Part shown: positions 38,776 to 48,371 of the stretch, in pieces | How positions within the stretch are numbered: position 1 is the first letter of the stretch | Layout of the letters: each line of letters starts with the position of its first letter | DNA from: Vulcanimicrobiota bacterium | GTDB taxonomy: Bacteria > Vulcanimicrobiota > Vulcanimicrobiia > Vulcanimicrobiales > Vulcanimicrobiaceae | Direction of reading: 5' to 3' | Assembly: GCA_963820825.1 (NCBI GenBank) | Contig: CAWGBN010000009.1 | Location: forward strand, 96,001 to 160,000 | Length of the DNA: 64,000 nt | The notes under the pieces: model-generated | Databases searched by the model: none | Seen by the model: the letters and a program-made list of their open reading frames with translations, nothing else | Told to the model about the DNA's origin: nothing | Position numbers and translations under genes: made by a program

Positions 38776-41700
38776 GTGCGCTTTTCGCTCGACATCGCGC
38801 GTGCTTCCTTCGATTCGACGACGTTCTCGCGCGGAATGGACTACGCGCGCAGCGGTCGAGTCGTGCGGCTCGACGTTGCCGCCGGAGACGATTGCATCGC
38901 GGCGTCAGTGCGCGGAACGTCGGCGATTCCCTACGAAGTTGCGATCGATTGGCGCGAGGGCGAGCGCCGACTACGCAGCGTCTGCGATTGCCCCATCGGG
39001 CGCAACTGCAAGCATGGCGCCGCGGCCGCAATCCTCGCCGCCGAAGGCGGCATGCGCGACGCCGCCGACGGGGCCGTCGATAGCTGGCTGCAAGCGATCA
39101 CGACGCGGCGCTTCGAAGGTACCGTGCCGCGTCGCGAGCACGTGCTCTACGTGCTCGACGTTCGCGAATCGTACTACGTTCCACGCGTCGCCGTGACTGC
39201 GCGTATCGTAACGCTGCTAAAACACGGCGAACGCTCGATGGGCCGCGCGATTGATTTATCCAACCTCGCGCAGGGCGCTGGACGTTATGCGACCCCGATC
39301 GATCGCACCATCGGAAGGCTCGCGAGCGTGTGCGTGTCAACCGGCCTCGGCACGCTCAACCCGAAATTGTTTGCGACGCTGCTCGATTTGCTGCTCGCAA
39401 CCGGCCGCGTGCACTGGCACTCGACGAAGCATCCGCCGCTGCGGCGCGCAGACGTGAGCGAAGCTAAGTTCATTTGGCACCTCGATCCGGCCGACGGACG
39501 GCAACGGCCGGGAATCGAAGGCCGCAAGGAGGCGCGCTTGCTGCCGAGCGATCCGCTCTGGTATGCAGATCCGGAGGATAACACCGCCGGAACCATCGAT
39601 CTGGGCATCGCCGGAGAGATGGCGAGCGCGCTCGCGCTCGCACCTTCACTCAACGCAGCGCAAGCGCGGCGCGCGCATACGATGTGGCATCGCATTCCGA
39701 TCGCCCATGGCATTCCGCCGCCCAAGTCGGACACGCGGCTACGCGTCGTCGAACGCGATCCCGTCGTGCGCTTGGTGCTGCGCGGTTTTTCAGCAACTGC
39801 GGAGCTCACGTTCGCGTACGGAGATACGATCGTGTACCCCGACGACGTTACGTTCGAGTTTCAGGAGACGAGCGAACAAGGGGTCGCGATTGCGTGGCCG
39901 CGGCGGTTCGCGTTCGAAGCGGTCGCGAGAGCGACCTTGGCCGAGTACAGTTTGCAACCAGTCGCGTGGCCGCGCGGTCAGTTCTCAGCTACGGAACGAT
40001 CGTGGGTACGATTTCTCGACACCGCCGTTCCTGTTTTGCGCGATCGCGGCTGGCAGATCGAAATCGATTCGACGTTTCCGTACGAAGTCGTGCACATCGA
40101 CGACGCGGCGTGGGACGCGGAGATCGTCGAGAGTGCGAACCGCTGGTTCGAGCTCGACATCGGCATCGATCTCGGCGAGCAGCGCATCTCGCTCTTACCG
40201 GTCGTCGTCGATGCGCTGCAAACGCTCGGCGTGCACTCGGCCGAAGAACTCGCGGCCGAGCTGAGCGGGGAGCGCGCGCGCACGCTCTACGGGCGATTAC
40301 CCAACGGCGCGTTCGCTGCGCTACCACCCGAGCGTATCGAGCGGATCGTTTCGACCTTGGTCGAGCTATTCGACACGCCCTTGACAAAGGAAGGCCGGCT
40401 CGAACTGACGCCGGCGCACGTCGGATCGATCGACGGGCTCGCGGCGGCAGTGCAGCTGCAATGGTCGCCGGCGACGCGACTGTTGCGCGCCGCATTAAAC
40501 GAACTGGTCAGCGCGGAGAACGAGCCGATTGTCCTGCCGAGCACGTTTAAGGGTGAGCTGCGAGCGTATCAAGCTCGCGGCGTGGCGTGGCTGCAACTGC
40601 TGCGGCGCAGCGGCTTCGGCGGCGTGCTCGCCGACGACATGGGTCTCGGCAAAACGGTACAGTTTCTGGCCCATCTGGCGATCGAAAAGGCGCACGGGCG
40701 CTTGTGCGCACCGGTGCTGATCGTCGCGCCGACCAGCGTGCTGCCGAACTGGCGCGCCGAGATCGCGCGTTTTGTGCCGCACTTGCGCGTCGTCTCGCTC
40801 TCCGGGAATGACCGTGCCGAGCGTTTCGACCGCATCGAAGACAACGACGTTGCCTTGACGAGCTATGCGCTGCTCCACCGCGATGCCGATCGGCTGACCG
40901 AGCGTGAGTGGCAGATGGTCGTGCTCGACGAGACGCAGTTCGTGAAGAATCCGCGGTCGAAGGGAGCGCAGGCCGCGGCGCACTTACGCGCGGCTCAACG
41001 CCTCGCGCTCACCGGCACGCCGATCGAGAACCATCTCGACGAGCTGTGGTCGATCTTCTCATTCGCGGTACCCGGTTTGCTGGGCGACCGAACGCAGTTT
41101 GCGCGGCTCTTTCGCACGCCGATCGAAAAACGCGGCGATACGCAGCGCCGCGCGCTCTTGGCGGCGCGACTGCGACCGTTCTTAATGCGGCGCACCAAGG
41201 AAGACGTCGCGCTCGACCTGCCCGAGAAGACCGAAATCGTCACGCGGGTCGAGCTTGACGGGGCGCAGCGCGATCTCTACGAAACGATTCGCCTCGCGAT
41301 GCACGAGCGCGTGCGCGCGGAGATGCAACGCCGTGGCCTGGCACGCAGCCGGATCGTCGTGCTCGACGCACTACTCAAGCTGCGGCAAGTCTGCTGCGAC
41401 CCGCGGCTCGTCAAGCTTCCGGCCGCGCGCAACGTTTTCGACTCGAGCAAGCTCGAGACGCTCCTCGAGATGCTGCCCGAGCTGATCGACGAAGGCCGGC
41501 GCGTGTTGCTGTTCTCGCAGTTCACGTCGATGCTGGATCTGATAAAACCGGAGCTCGCCGCGCGCGCCATCGACTACGTGGAAATTCGCGGCGAAACGAA
41601 GAATCGCGAAACGCCGGTGCGACGCTTTCAAAGCCGCGAGGTGCCGCTCTTCTTGATCAGCCTCAAAGCGGGCGGCACCGGATTGAACCTAACCGCCGCC

Positions 41701-41955
41701 GACACGGTCATCCATTACGATCCGTGGTGGAATCCGGCCGTCGAGCGTCAGGCAACCGATCGCGCCCATCGGATCGGCCAGCAGTGCCCGGTCTTCGTAT
41801 ATAAGCTCATCACCATCGGCACCGTCGAAGAACGAATTCTGGAGTTGCAGCAGCGTAAAGGCGCGCTCGCCGCGGGCATCTTCGACGATGCCGCCGCGAC
41901 TTCGCAGATGTTAGACGAGACGGAGATCGAGCGCCTATTGGCGCCGTCCCTCTAA
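38776..41955 (+). CDS. SWIM zinc-finger SNF2-family helicase/ATPase
   Basis: CDCPIGRNCKH, LADDMGLGKT, LDETQ, LTGTPIEN, LKAGGTGLNL, DPWWNP, QATDRAHRIGQ. Confidence 0.95.
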   Translation: MRFSLDIARASFDSTTFSRGMDYARSGRVVRLDVAAGDDCIAASVRGTSAIPYEVAIDWREGERRLRSVCDCPIGRNCKHGAAAAILAAEGGMRDAADGAVDSWLQAITTRRFEGTVPRREHVLYVLDVRESYYVPRVAVTARIVTLLKHGERSMGRAIDLSNLAQGAGRYATPIDRTIGRLASVCVSTGLGTLNPKLFATLLDLLLATGRVHWHSTKHPPLRRADVSEAKFIWHLDPADGRQRPGIEGRKEARLLPSDPLWYADPEDNTAGTIDLGIAGEMASALALAPSLNAAQARRAHTMWHRIPIAHGIPPPKSDTRLRVVERDPVVRLVLRGFSATAELTFAYGDTIVYPDDVTFEFQETSEQGVAIAWPRRFAFEAVARATLAEYSLQPVAWPRGQFSATERSWVRFLDTAVPVLRDRGWQIEIDSTFPYEVVHIDDAAWDAEIVESANRWFELDIGIDLGEQRISLLPVVVDALQTLGVHSAEELAAELSGERARTLYGRLPNGAFAALPPERIERIVSTLVELFDTPLTKEGRLELTPAHVGSIDGLAAAVQLQWSPATRLLRAALNELVSAENEPIVLPSTFKGELRAYQARGVAWLQLLRRSGFGGVLADDMGLGKTVQFLAHLAIEKAHGRLCAPVLIVAPTSVLPNWRAEIARFVPHLRVVSLSGNDRAERFDRIEDNDVALTSYALLHRDADRLTEREWQMVVLDETQFVKNPRSKGAQAAAHLRAAQRLALTGTPIENHLDELWSIFSFAVPGLLGDRTQFARLFRTPIEKRGDTQRRALLAARLRPFLMRRTKEDVALDLPEKTEIVTRVELDGAQRDLYETIRLAMHERVRAEMQRRGLARSRIVVLDALLKLRQVCCDPRLVKLPAARNVFDSSKLETLLEMLPELIDEGRRVLLFSQFTSMLDLIKPELAARAIDYVEIRGETKNRETPVRRFQSREVPLFLISLKAGGTGLNLTAADTVIHYDPWWNPAVERQATDRAHRIGQQCPVFVYKLITIGTVEERILELQQRKGALAAGIFDDAAATSQMLDETEIERLLAPSL

Positions 41956-42078
41956 TCGTTCGCCGTCAGGCCTTACATACGGACTTCGATTCCCACCTTC
42001 GCAAGGCGACAGGGCGGCGATCCGAGTTTCGTGCGTAAATCGCATTAGCGGAGATGTATCGGTATGGCATTAGTGAAT

Positions 42079-42117
42079 TTTTAAGACCGACGCATTCAAC
42101 CGCTCTGCCACCTCTCC
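42079..42117 (-). repeat. tRNA-Ser 5'-half copy 2 (att-like), 37/39 identical
   Basis: ttttaagaccgacgcattcaaccgctctgccacctctcc; mismatches at 42082 and 42090. Confidence 0.92.
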
Positions 42118-42127
42118 ACGTATTTGG

Positions 42128-42610
42128 TCACGAGCTCCAGGCCGACGCCACGCCCGTGAAGACCCAACTGCTCTGCGTTTTCTCCAGCGTAACCGTCATG
42201 CTACCTTTGTAGGCAACCTTCTTGCCGTTCGGGGCGTCGGTGAACGTGACCGGATAGATTAAATATGCGTAGTTTCCCTGCACTAACGTAAAGAGGGGTC
42301 TCCCGACCGAAAGAGTCCCCAGGGTTGCGTGAATAGCCTCGTTATTCGACTGATACCCTTTCATCCAGTCGGCGCACGTTTGCCACGCATAGGGCGGGAA
42401 ACCATCGACGATGGACGCGCGCGGCGCACACGCAGCAGCAACCGCCTTAAAGTCGCCCTTGTTGATGTCGGTAACCAACTTTTTGACAATGGAAGTCAAG
42501 TCCGACGTCCCAGACGCCAACACAGGGCTGGCCGACAGGATGGCGACTCCACAACTGGCGGCAATAATTAGGTCGCGAATACGTTTTGCTACGCAGTTCA
42601 TGGCTTTCAT
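42128..42610 (-). CDS. Secreted NTF2/SnoaL-like protein
   Basis: GGAG RBS, signal peptide, SIVDGFPPYAW, W..TGVASAW; lower GC. Confidence 0.75.
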   Translation of the reverse strand: MKAMNCVAKRIRDLIIAASCGVAILSASPVLASGTSDLTSIVKKLVTDINKGDFKAVAAACAPRASIVDGFPPYAWQTCADWMKGYQSNNEAIHATLGTLSVGRPLFTLVQGNYAYLIYPVTFTDAPNGKKVAYKGSMTVTLEKTQSSWVFTGVASAWSS

Positions 42611-42662
42611 CTCTCCACACTAGTGCGGTTTTTCGGGCCATAGACCCTTTCGACGACGGCCT

Positions 42663-44633
42663 TCACTGAGCGAGTACGTCGCCAACGGCGCGATAGGCCT
42701 GATCGATTGCTTGGTCAGTGTACGCTGCCGCGGCCGCGTCGGAGTTTGCAATGGCGATGCGGCCAAACCGCCGGCGCGCGGTCTCGCACGGTGTAACCCC
42801 GCCGTTGAAGAACGAGTCGGGGTCCCAGAGCGGATTATATTCGTAGGCGTATCCGTGCGCCCATCGGTTGACCGTTATCGCGGCGATGTCGCGGTCGCTG
42901 CGGAATCCTCCGGCACCGAGTACGCGCTGGAGCTGGTCGCGAATGCTGCGCTCGAACGTTTCGAACGACTCGGTCAGGAGCTCCGCACGACCGGCCCGGT
43001 GCTGATCGCGTTCCGATAGTCCCGGATAGCATGGCGTGCGCTCGAGACGCAGCAGAATCGGTTCGTCGGGCGAGTTGGGCGACCGGTACGATCCGATCTC
43101 TACCGGATTGTCGAGACGGATCGAGTTGTGGAACATCGCGGGCGTTGAAACCGCCGAAACGCCTAGCTCCTTGAAGACGCGCCAGTTGCGAACCGCAACC
43201 ACGGTGTACATCAGCGGAACCTTCGCGCCGTAACGCAGTGCCGTCTTCTGCTCGTCCGGTAGCTCCGGGACGATGTAGGGGATCATCATGTTCCACGACG
43301 CCATTACGACGTGTCTCGAGGTGATCGTATACACCTTACCTGCCCTCGCATACCAGGTCTGCACGCGAGCTGCGGTCTCGAGATCGCCCACATGCCGCAC
43401 GCGCACGACCGTGCTGCTCAGGCGAATGCGCACGACAGATCCTGGATCGTCGAGCCGCCGGTAATCGGCGCGCGCGGTCACGATATCCTGAGGCGTCGAG
43501 CCGGAAAGCACGCCGGGAATCATTCTGCGAACGAGCATCCGCGCGATCGATGCATTGCCGTCGGGAAAGTGAAAGTCGTAGGGCGGCTGATTGGGAATTG
43601 CACTGCCTTTTGCGGTAAAGCCCATGCGCGGATAGGCTCCCGGAGAGAGATGCATTCCCGCAAATCCGGGAAAGCCGAGTCCCCAGCAATCGAGCGCGCT
43701 CACCGCGTCGATGCCGGTTCCGAACAAGCCCCACGTTCGCGTCTTATAAAAAGGAACGAGTTCGGGCGTCACCGCGATGACGTCGCGCAAGAACGTTTCG
43801 TAGCTCATCCGCGACAGCCGATCTTTCTTGGCATCGTCGGTGAGGCCGGGCATGTAGTCAACGGCGGCAGTTTCGACGCGAACGAGATCCTTCTGCGCGG
43901 TCGGCGACAGCGGCGTCCGGACAGCAAAGGTTTCCCAAGACTTGCCGTTGGGCGACTCATCGCCGTAGCGTCCGGGATATCCCGTAACGAGCGCATCGGT
44001 TCCAAACGTTTCCCGATCGAAGAACACCGCCTCGCCCAGTCCCTTATAGTATTGCCACCGGTCGTAGTTTTCGGCGAAAGCCGGCGGATCGATGCCGAGC
44101 TCGTCGAGGAGACCGCGCGCGACCCTGCTGTACGGAAACGGCGATTCGATCGCGTACGTGCCGCCGTTGGCGAGCAACGTGCGACCGTCGACGTGGAACT
44201 CATTGCGTTTTGCGTGTCCGCCGAAGTCGTCGTGGTTGTCGAGAATTAAGATTCGAGCCGACGGCTCGTGCTGCAGGTAGAAGTGCGCCGCTGCAAGACC
44301 GCTCAATCCGGCTCCGACGATCACGAGATCGTACGTTTCGCCGGTCTCGTGCGCCGGCGCCGAATGATTCCAGAAGTCTCCGTCGCGAAGCTCGTGCGCG
44401 GTTGCAAACGATCCCGGATAATCGCCGCGCATTCCGGCCAGCTCGGGCGGATAGTAACCGGGGGCATTCTGTGCCTCGGATGCGGCGGCGCTCGCCGGAC
44501 ATCCAAAGAGGCTTCCCGTAACGACCGCACCGATACCAATGGCGATACCGTCGAGAAAATCCCGCCGCGGTATGTCGGCGAACATGCCGAGTTCGGCGTC
44601 CCGCCGCCGGCCGGCAGGATTTGGATCGGACAT
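42663..44633 (-). CDS. Tat-exported FAD oxidoreductase, spermidine-dehydrogenase-like
   Basis: PRRDFLDG, YYPPELAGMRG, VGAGLSG, DNHDDFGGHAKRNEF, HFPDGNASIAR, NRWAHGYAY. Confidence 0.85.
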   Translation of the reverse strand: MSDPNPAGRRRDAELGMFADIPRRDFLDGIAIGIGAVVTGSLFGCPASAAASEAQNAPGYYPPELAGMRGDYPGSFATAHELRDGDFWNHSAPAHETGETYDLVIVGAGLSGLAAAHFYLQHEPSARILILDNHDDFGGHAKRNEFHVDGRTLLANGGTYAIESPFPYSRVARGLLDELGIDPPAFAENYDRWQYYKGLGEAVFFDRETFGTDALVTGYPGRYGDESPNGKSWETFAVRTPLSPTAQKDLVRVETAAVDYMPGLTDDAKKDRLSRMSYETFLRDVIAVTPELVPFYKTRTWGLFGTGIDAVSALDCWGLGFPGFAGMHLSPGAYPRMGFTAKGSAIPNQPPYDFHFPDGNASIARMLVRRMIPGVLSGSTPQDIVTARADYRRLDDPGSVVRIRLSSTVVRVRHVGDLETAARVQTWYARAGKVYTITSRHVVMASWNMMIPYIVPELPDEQKTALRYGAKVPLMYTVVAVRNWRVFKELGVSAVSTPAMFHNSIRLDNPVEIGSYRSPNSPDEPILLRLERTPCYPGLSERDQHRAGRAELLTESFETFERSIRDQLQRVLGAGGFRSDRDIAAITVNRWAHGYAYEYNPLWDPDSFFNGGVTPCETARRRFGRIAIANSDAAAAAYTDQAIDQAYRAVGDVLAQ

Positions 44634-47600
44634 CAGATTTTGAACTGGGCGGTAACGAAGACGTTCGTCGGTACTTTCGTCCCGGTAAAACCGTTGACCA
44701 ACGGATTGTACTGATAGTTATACGGATAGCGGAGTTGCACCGGTGCCGACACTAGCGCAGCGAAGTTCCCGACCGGCGCGATCGAATAGGCGAGCGTATC
44801 GAAGATGCACACATTCGAATCGTCCCACGGGTAGCCGTGCTGGAAGCACCGATCGACCAATCCCGTCGCAGTAACGGAGACCGTTACCGCCGGCGAAATG
44901 TCGTAGCCGGCCGAAAGATTGACGGTCAGGCGCCCCGGCTCTCTGAAACTCGTGACCGAATCGAAGGCGCCGGTGTACAGGTCGGGGGTGAACAGATAGG
45001 CGACGGTGTTCGGCGGCGGCGTACAGGCCTGCGGATTGACCGGGCCGCGGGTCCCGCTCCCGTGAACCGGCAGGCAGTCTTGCGGAACGTATCCGGGCCA
45101 GCTCAGTGGCGACCCGTACGTCTTCCCGTAGCCGTACGCGACCGTCGGCGTAACGTGAAGTCTGTCGTGTTTGTAGCCAAGGACCAGATTGAACACATTC
45201 GGGGTCACCTGACCGGTCGCGCCGGTAAATGGGGCGGCGAGCTCCGCGTACGTCGGATACCACGCATTCGCGTCGAGCAGGGGCTGCGCGCTCGCCGAAT
45301 AGTACGGATTGAGGACCCTCGTCTTTGGCGCCTCATTGCTGGGAAGCGTGGGATGCGCATTGGCCGATCCGTACGCGCCGCAAAGCGCACGATTTCCCGC
45401 AATGCAGCTGTGTGTATACGAGTTATACTGCTGGATGAAGGAGTTGAGCGTGTCGATAAAGTTGACGCCGGGCGTGATGTCGTCGTACCGGCTCCGGCTG
45501 TTCGTGTAGGTGTACGAAAGTTCGAACGAGAGGCCGTTGTTGGAGAAATCTCCTTTGCTAAGCGCGAGTTCGACACCGTACGCCTTGATCAATCCTCCGT
45601 TGACGCCGGTCGTGTCGCCGTTGTAGCCGATCGGTACGAACTCGATCTCGTCGAAATCTTCCCGATAGAAGGGCGTGATACGGAACGCAACGTCGGTGCC
45701 GTGTACGTGCTTCTCCAACGACAGGTCGTAGCTGTTCGCGACTTGGGGACTTACCGCGTGGTACGGTGTATTGAAACCGAAGGGCAAGAACTGCGAGAGA
45801 AAGTCGGGGAGATCTTCCTGTCGCGCGTAGACCTCCAAGTTGGTCCCGGGACTGCTGGCGTATCGGCCGTAGGAGAGTCGCATCACCGTGTCCGGATTGA
45901 ACGTGTACGTCAGCCCGAGGCGCGGTTCGAGTTCGCTGTAGCTGACGTATCCGGGCACGACGTTCTGCAGGTTCGGCGACGAAAACCCGGTCGGGCAGGC
46001 CGGCCAGGCTCCCGTCACCGGGTTTATCTGCGAAGGGTTCTTGTATGTGAAGGCGCCTCCGGGAGCCGTGCAATACTCGCGGTTAAATGCCGCAAACCAG
46101 AAGTTGCGCGCCGCCGTCGTCGTCGTCGAGGGCAGTGAAAAGTCGAACTGGTCCAAGCGCAGTCCGATATTTGCGACCAAACGATCGTTGGGGCGATATT
46201 GATCGGCGATCGAGTAGCCGTAGTCCGTTTCGGTGACGTTGTTGGTGTTGCCGGTGAGTCCGGTCTCGGTCATCGCCCAGTGCGCGCCGTGGAGGGCCGC
46301 AGGGCTCCTCGGCGGCAACGGCACGTTCGAGCACCGACCCGAAGCGTTGAGCGTACAGCCCGCAGGCCCCAGCTGCGGCCTGCTGCCGAATTGCGTCACG
46401 ACGTTGTACGAGCATCCAAGGTTGCTGGAGAAAGCGGAGCCGTAGTAACCAGAGTTGCACGGGGAGCCGGAATCGTAGCAGCTATCGTATGCGCCCGTAA
46501 CGTAATTATAGCAGTTCCCTCTCGCGTCGATAAAATTGTCGGAGATGAAGCCCGCCATGGCCTCGTTGTCGAGCAAGCTATTCTCCGTGCGCGACACGCT
46601 CGCCGTCGCCGTCACCAGATGTTGGGACGAGAGCTGATCCTCGTAGCGTCCGGTAAGGCCGTACGTGTGCGTGAAGGTGATGTACTCGGCGGGAGTCGGC
46701 CCGTACGGGAGATTTCCGCTATCGGCGCCGGTGTAACCGAGATACGAGTAGTTGGCATATCCGTAGATCCGAACGAACGACCGGTCGTCGATGGTGTGCT
46801 GATACTGCACCTTGTCGAGTGATACTTCGTTGTCGCTATTGTCGCGATAGGCTGGTGGCAGCGGTGCTTGCCAGGCGCGATTGGTCGGCGTATTGGGCAT
46901 GAAGTACTTCGAGAGGAGGGTGGACGGCGTGGCCGGCGCCATCAACGGCTGGTTATAGACGTAATCGTCGGGAAAGACCGGATAGTAGCCGAGCTCTTTC
47001 GTCAAGAGCGCCGCGCCCCCAAGATCGTTGACCGAAGTCGGATTGTATGCCGGCAGATACCCCGACATCGCGAGTAACTGGACGTCGTCTCGATACGGGC
47101 CGTTGCGGTGTGGAATTGCAAAGTGAAGATTCACGATGCCTTCGCGATCGAAGACCGTCACTTGCTGGGGCGTGATACCGCTGGTGAAATATGCCTTTCC
47201 GCTCCCGTCGAAGACCGTTTCGTTGTTTCCGGTGGGCAGTACGATCGGCGTCCAGAAACGCGCGACATCCGAAGCGCCGTCGTATTGATCGACGAAGCGG
47301 TTGTCTTGGCCGAAGCCCATGACGCCCAGGTAATAGGAGAAGGTTCGATCGGGCGTCGCGCCGCCCGCTTCGAACGCAGCCTTGTGATAAAACGCCGGTG
47401 CGCCCACGCTGAACTCAGCCGTCGCGTACCCCGGAATCGTTCCGGTCTTGATCACTTGATTGATGTATCCCGACGTGCCGGCTGCGTCGGCCGAGGCCGG
47501 CGACCCGCCGGCATAGAGTTGTAATTGCCGTTGACCCAGCACCGAGAAGAACGACCCGGTGATCGGGACACCATCCATCTCTTCGGAAACGTCGCCGGAG

Positions 47601-48175
47601 CCGCGCACCAGGTACATTTGGGCCCACCCCTGTTGACCTTGCTGATAGTCGACGCCCGGTAGCGCGGCGAGCGCGCCGTACGCCTGATTCAACGACGATG
47701 CGCCGCCGATCGTCGATGCCGCCGCGCTCTGAGCCGCATTAACGGAATAGACGTCTTGCGTGTCACCCGGGCGGACGAGGCTTCCTGCACTTCGGCTCAG
47801 GGTGCGAACGATCGTCTTGAGCGTTGCGTTCATTTCGACGTTTACGACGGCCACGTTGTCGGCCGAGACGATCACGCCGTTAACCGACGCAGGATCGTAG
47901 CCGCTGCGCTTCGCCGTCAGGACGTACGTGTCCGGACTCAGCGAAATAAAGAGGAAGTCGCCGCGCACGTCGGTTGTTGCCGTCGCCGCTCCCGACGGCG
48001 CCGTAACGCTGACCGTAACGCCGGAAAGCGGCGCTTTTGTCGCGCGGTCGTCCACGTGGCCGCGAATGGTCCCGGTCGTGCCCGCCGTGGCGGAAGAAAA
48101 GGAGGCGGTCCAAAAGAGAACGAGGACGAGTATGCCGGGGATAATCCGCTGCTCATAACGCCCGTGCACGCGCAC
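44633..48175 (-). CDS. TonB-dependent receptor-like outer membrane protein with N-terminal carboxypeptidase-regulatory-like domain
   Basis: AGTTGTIRG, LSPDTYVLTA N-domain, plug ending GYINQVIKTG, GLRLD, EPRLGLTY, terminal beta strand VTAQFKI. Confidence 0.85.
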   Translation of the reverse strand: MRVHGRYEQRIIPGILVLVLFWTASFSSATAGTTGTIRGHVDDRATKAPLSGVTVSVTAPSGAATATTDVRGDFLFISLSPDTYVLTAKRSGYDPASVNGVIVSADNVAVVNVEMNATLKTIVRTLSRSAGSLVRPGDTQDVYSVNAAQSAAASTIGGASSLNQAYGALAALPGVDYQQGQQGWAQMYLVRGSGDVSEEMDGVPITGSFFSVLGQRQLQLYAGGSPASADAAGTSGYINQVIKTGTIPGYATAEFSVGAPAFYHKAAFEAGGATPDRTFSYYLGVMGFGQDNRFVDQYDGASDVARFWTPIVLPTGNNETVFDGSGKAYFTSGITPQQVTVFDREGIVNLHFAIPHRNGPYRDDVQLLAMSGYLPAYNPTSVNDLGGAALLTKELGYYPVFPDDYVYNQPLMAPATPSTLLSKYFMPNTPTNRAWQAPLPPAYRDNSDNEVSLDKVQYQHTIDDRSFVRIYGYANYSYLGYTGADSGNLPYGPTPAEYITFTHTYGLTGRYEDQLSSQHLVTATASVSRTENSLLDNEAMAGFISDNFIDARGNCYNYVTGAYDSCYDSGSPCNSGYYGSAFSSNLGCSYNVVTQFGSRPQLGPAGCTLNASGRCSNVPLPPRSPAALHGAHWAMTETGLTGNTNNVTETDYGYSIADQYRPNDRLVANIGLRLDQFDFSLPSTTTTAARNFWFAAFNREYCTAPGGAFTYKNPSQINPVTGAWPACPTGFSSPNLQNVVPGYVSYSELEPRLGLTYTFNPDTVMRLSYGRYASSPGTNLEVYARQEDLPDFLSQFLPFGFNTPYHAVSPQVANSYDLSLEKHVHGTDVAFRITPFYREDFDEIEFVPIGYNGDTTGVNGGLIKAYGVELALSKGDFSNNGLSFELSYTYTNSRSRYDDITPGVNFIDTLNSFIQQYNSYTHSCIAGNRALCGAYGSANAHPTLPSNEAPKTRVLNPYYSASAQPLLDANAWYPTYAELAAPFTGATGQVTPNVFNLVLGYKHDRLHVTPTVAYGYGKTYGSPLSWPGYVPQDCLPVHGSGTRGPVNPQACTPPPNTVAYLFTPDLYTGAFDSVTSFREPGRLTVNLSAGYDISPAVTVSVTATGLVDRCFQHGYPWDDSNVCIFDTLAYSIAPVGNFAALVSAPVQLRYPYNYQYNPLVNGFTGTKVPTNVFVTAQFKI

Positions 48176-48309
48176 CCTACCTTCGCAGTTACTCGTGGGT
48201 TAGCCGGGTAATACTTGCGGCTTGCTTGGCGTTCCTCGCCACCATGATCGCGACAAAGCATGGCGAAGGGGGGCGCGGCGCTCGGCGGTCCGCGCCGCCA
48301 GACGGCAGT

Positions 48310-48338
48310 TTGACCAACGCGCAGAAATCCGCTAGACT
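48310..48338 (+). promoter_or_regulatory. Sigma70 promoter TTGACC-N17-TAGACT
   Basis: Near-consensus hexamers with 17-bp spacer, followed by TAATTAATTA, AGAGAGG RBS and GTG 48372. Confidence 0.75.
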
Positions 48339-48371
48339 CTCAACAACTAATTAATTAAGAGAGGGTCGGTT

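Larger units (their letters stand above)
37879..42117. mobile_element. Putative genomic island A between the two tRNA-half copies
   Basis: Bounded by tRNA 5'-half repeats that also share a flanking acgt; cargo composition looks host-like and no integrase is present. Confidence 0.4.

Noticed and set aside
41984..41996. ttcgattcccacc resembling the tRNA T-arm
   Set aside because: Only a 12/13 match, on the opposite strand to the tRNA halves, and the T-stem does not pair; probably chance.
34293..42117. 39-bp repeats as a CRISPR array
   Set aside because: Spacing is kilobases, the repeat is tRNA sequence, and no cas genes are present.
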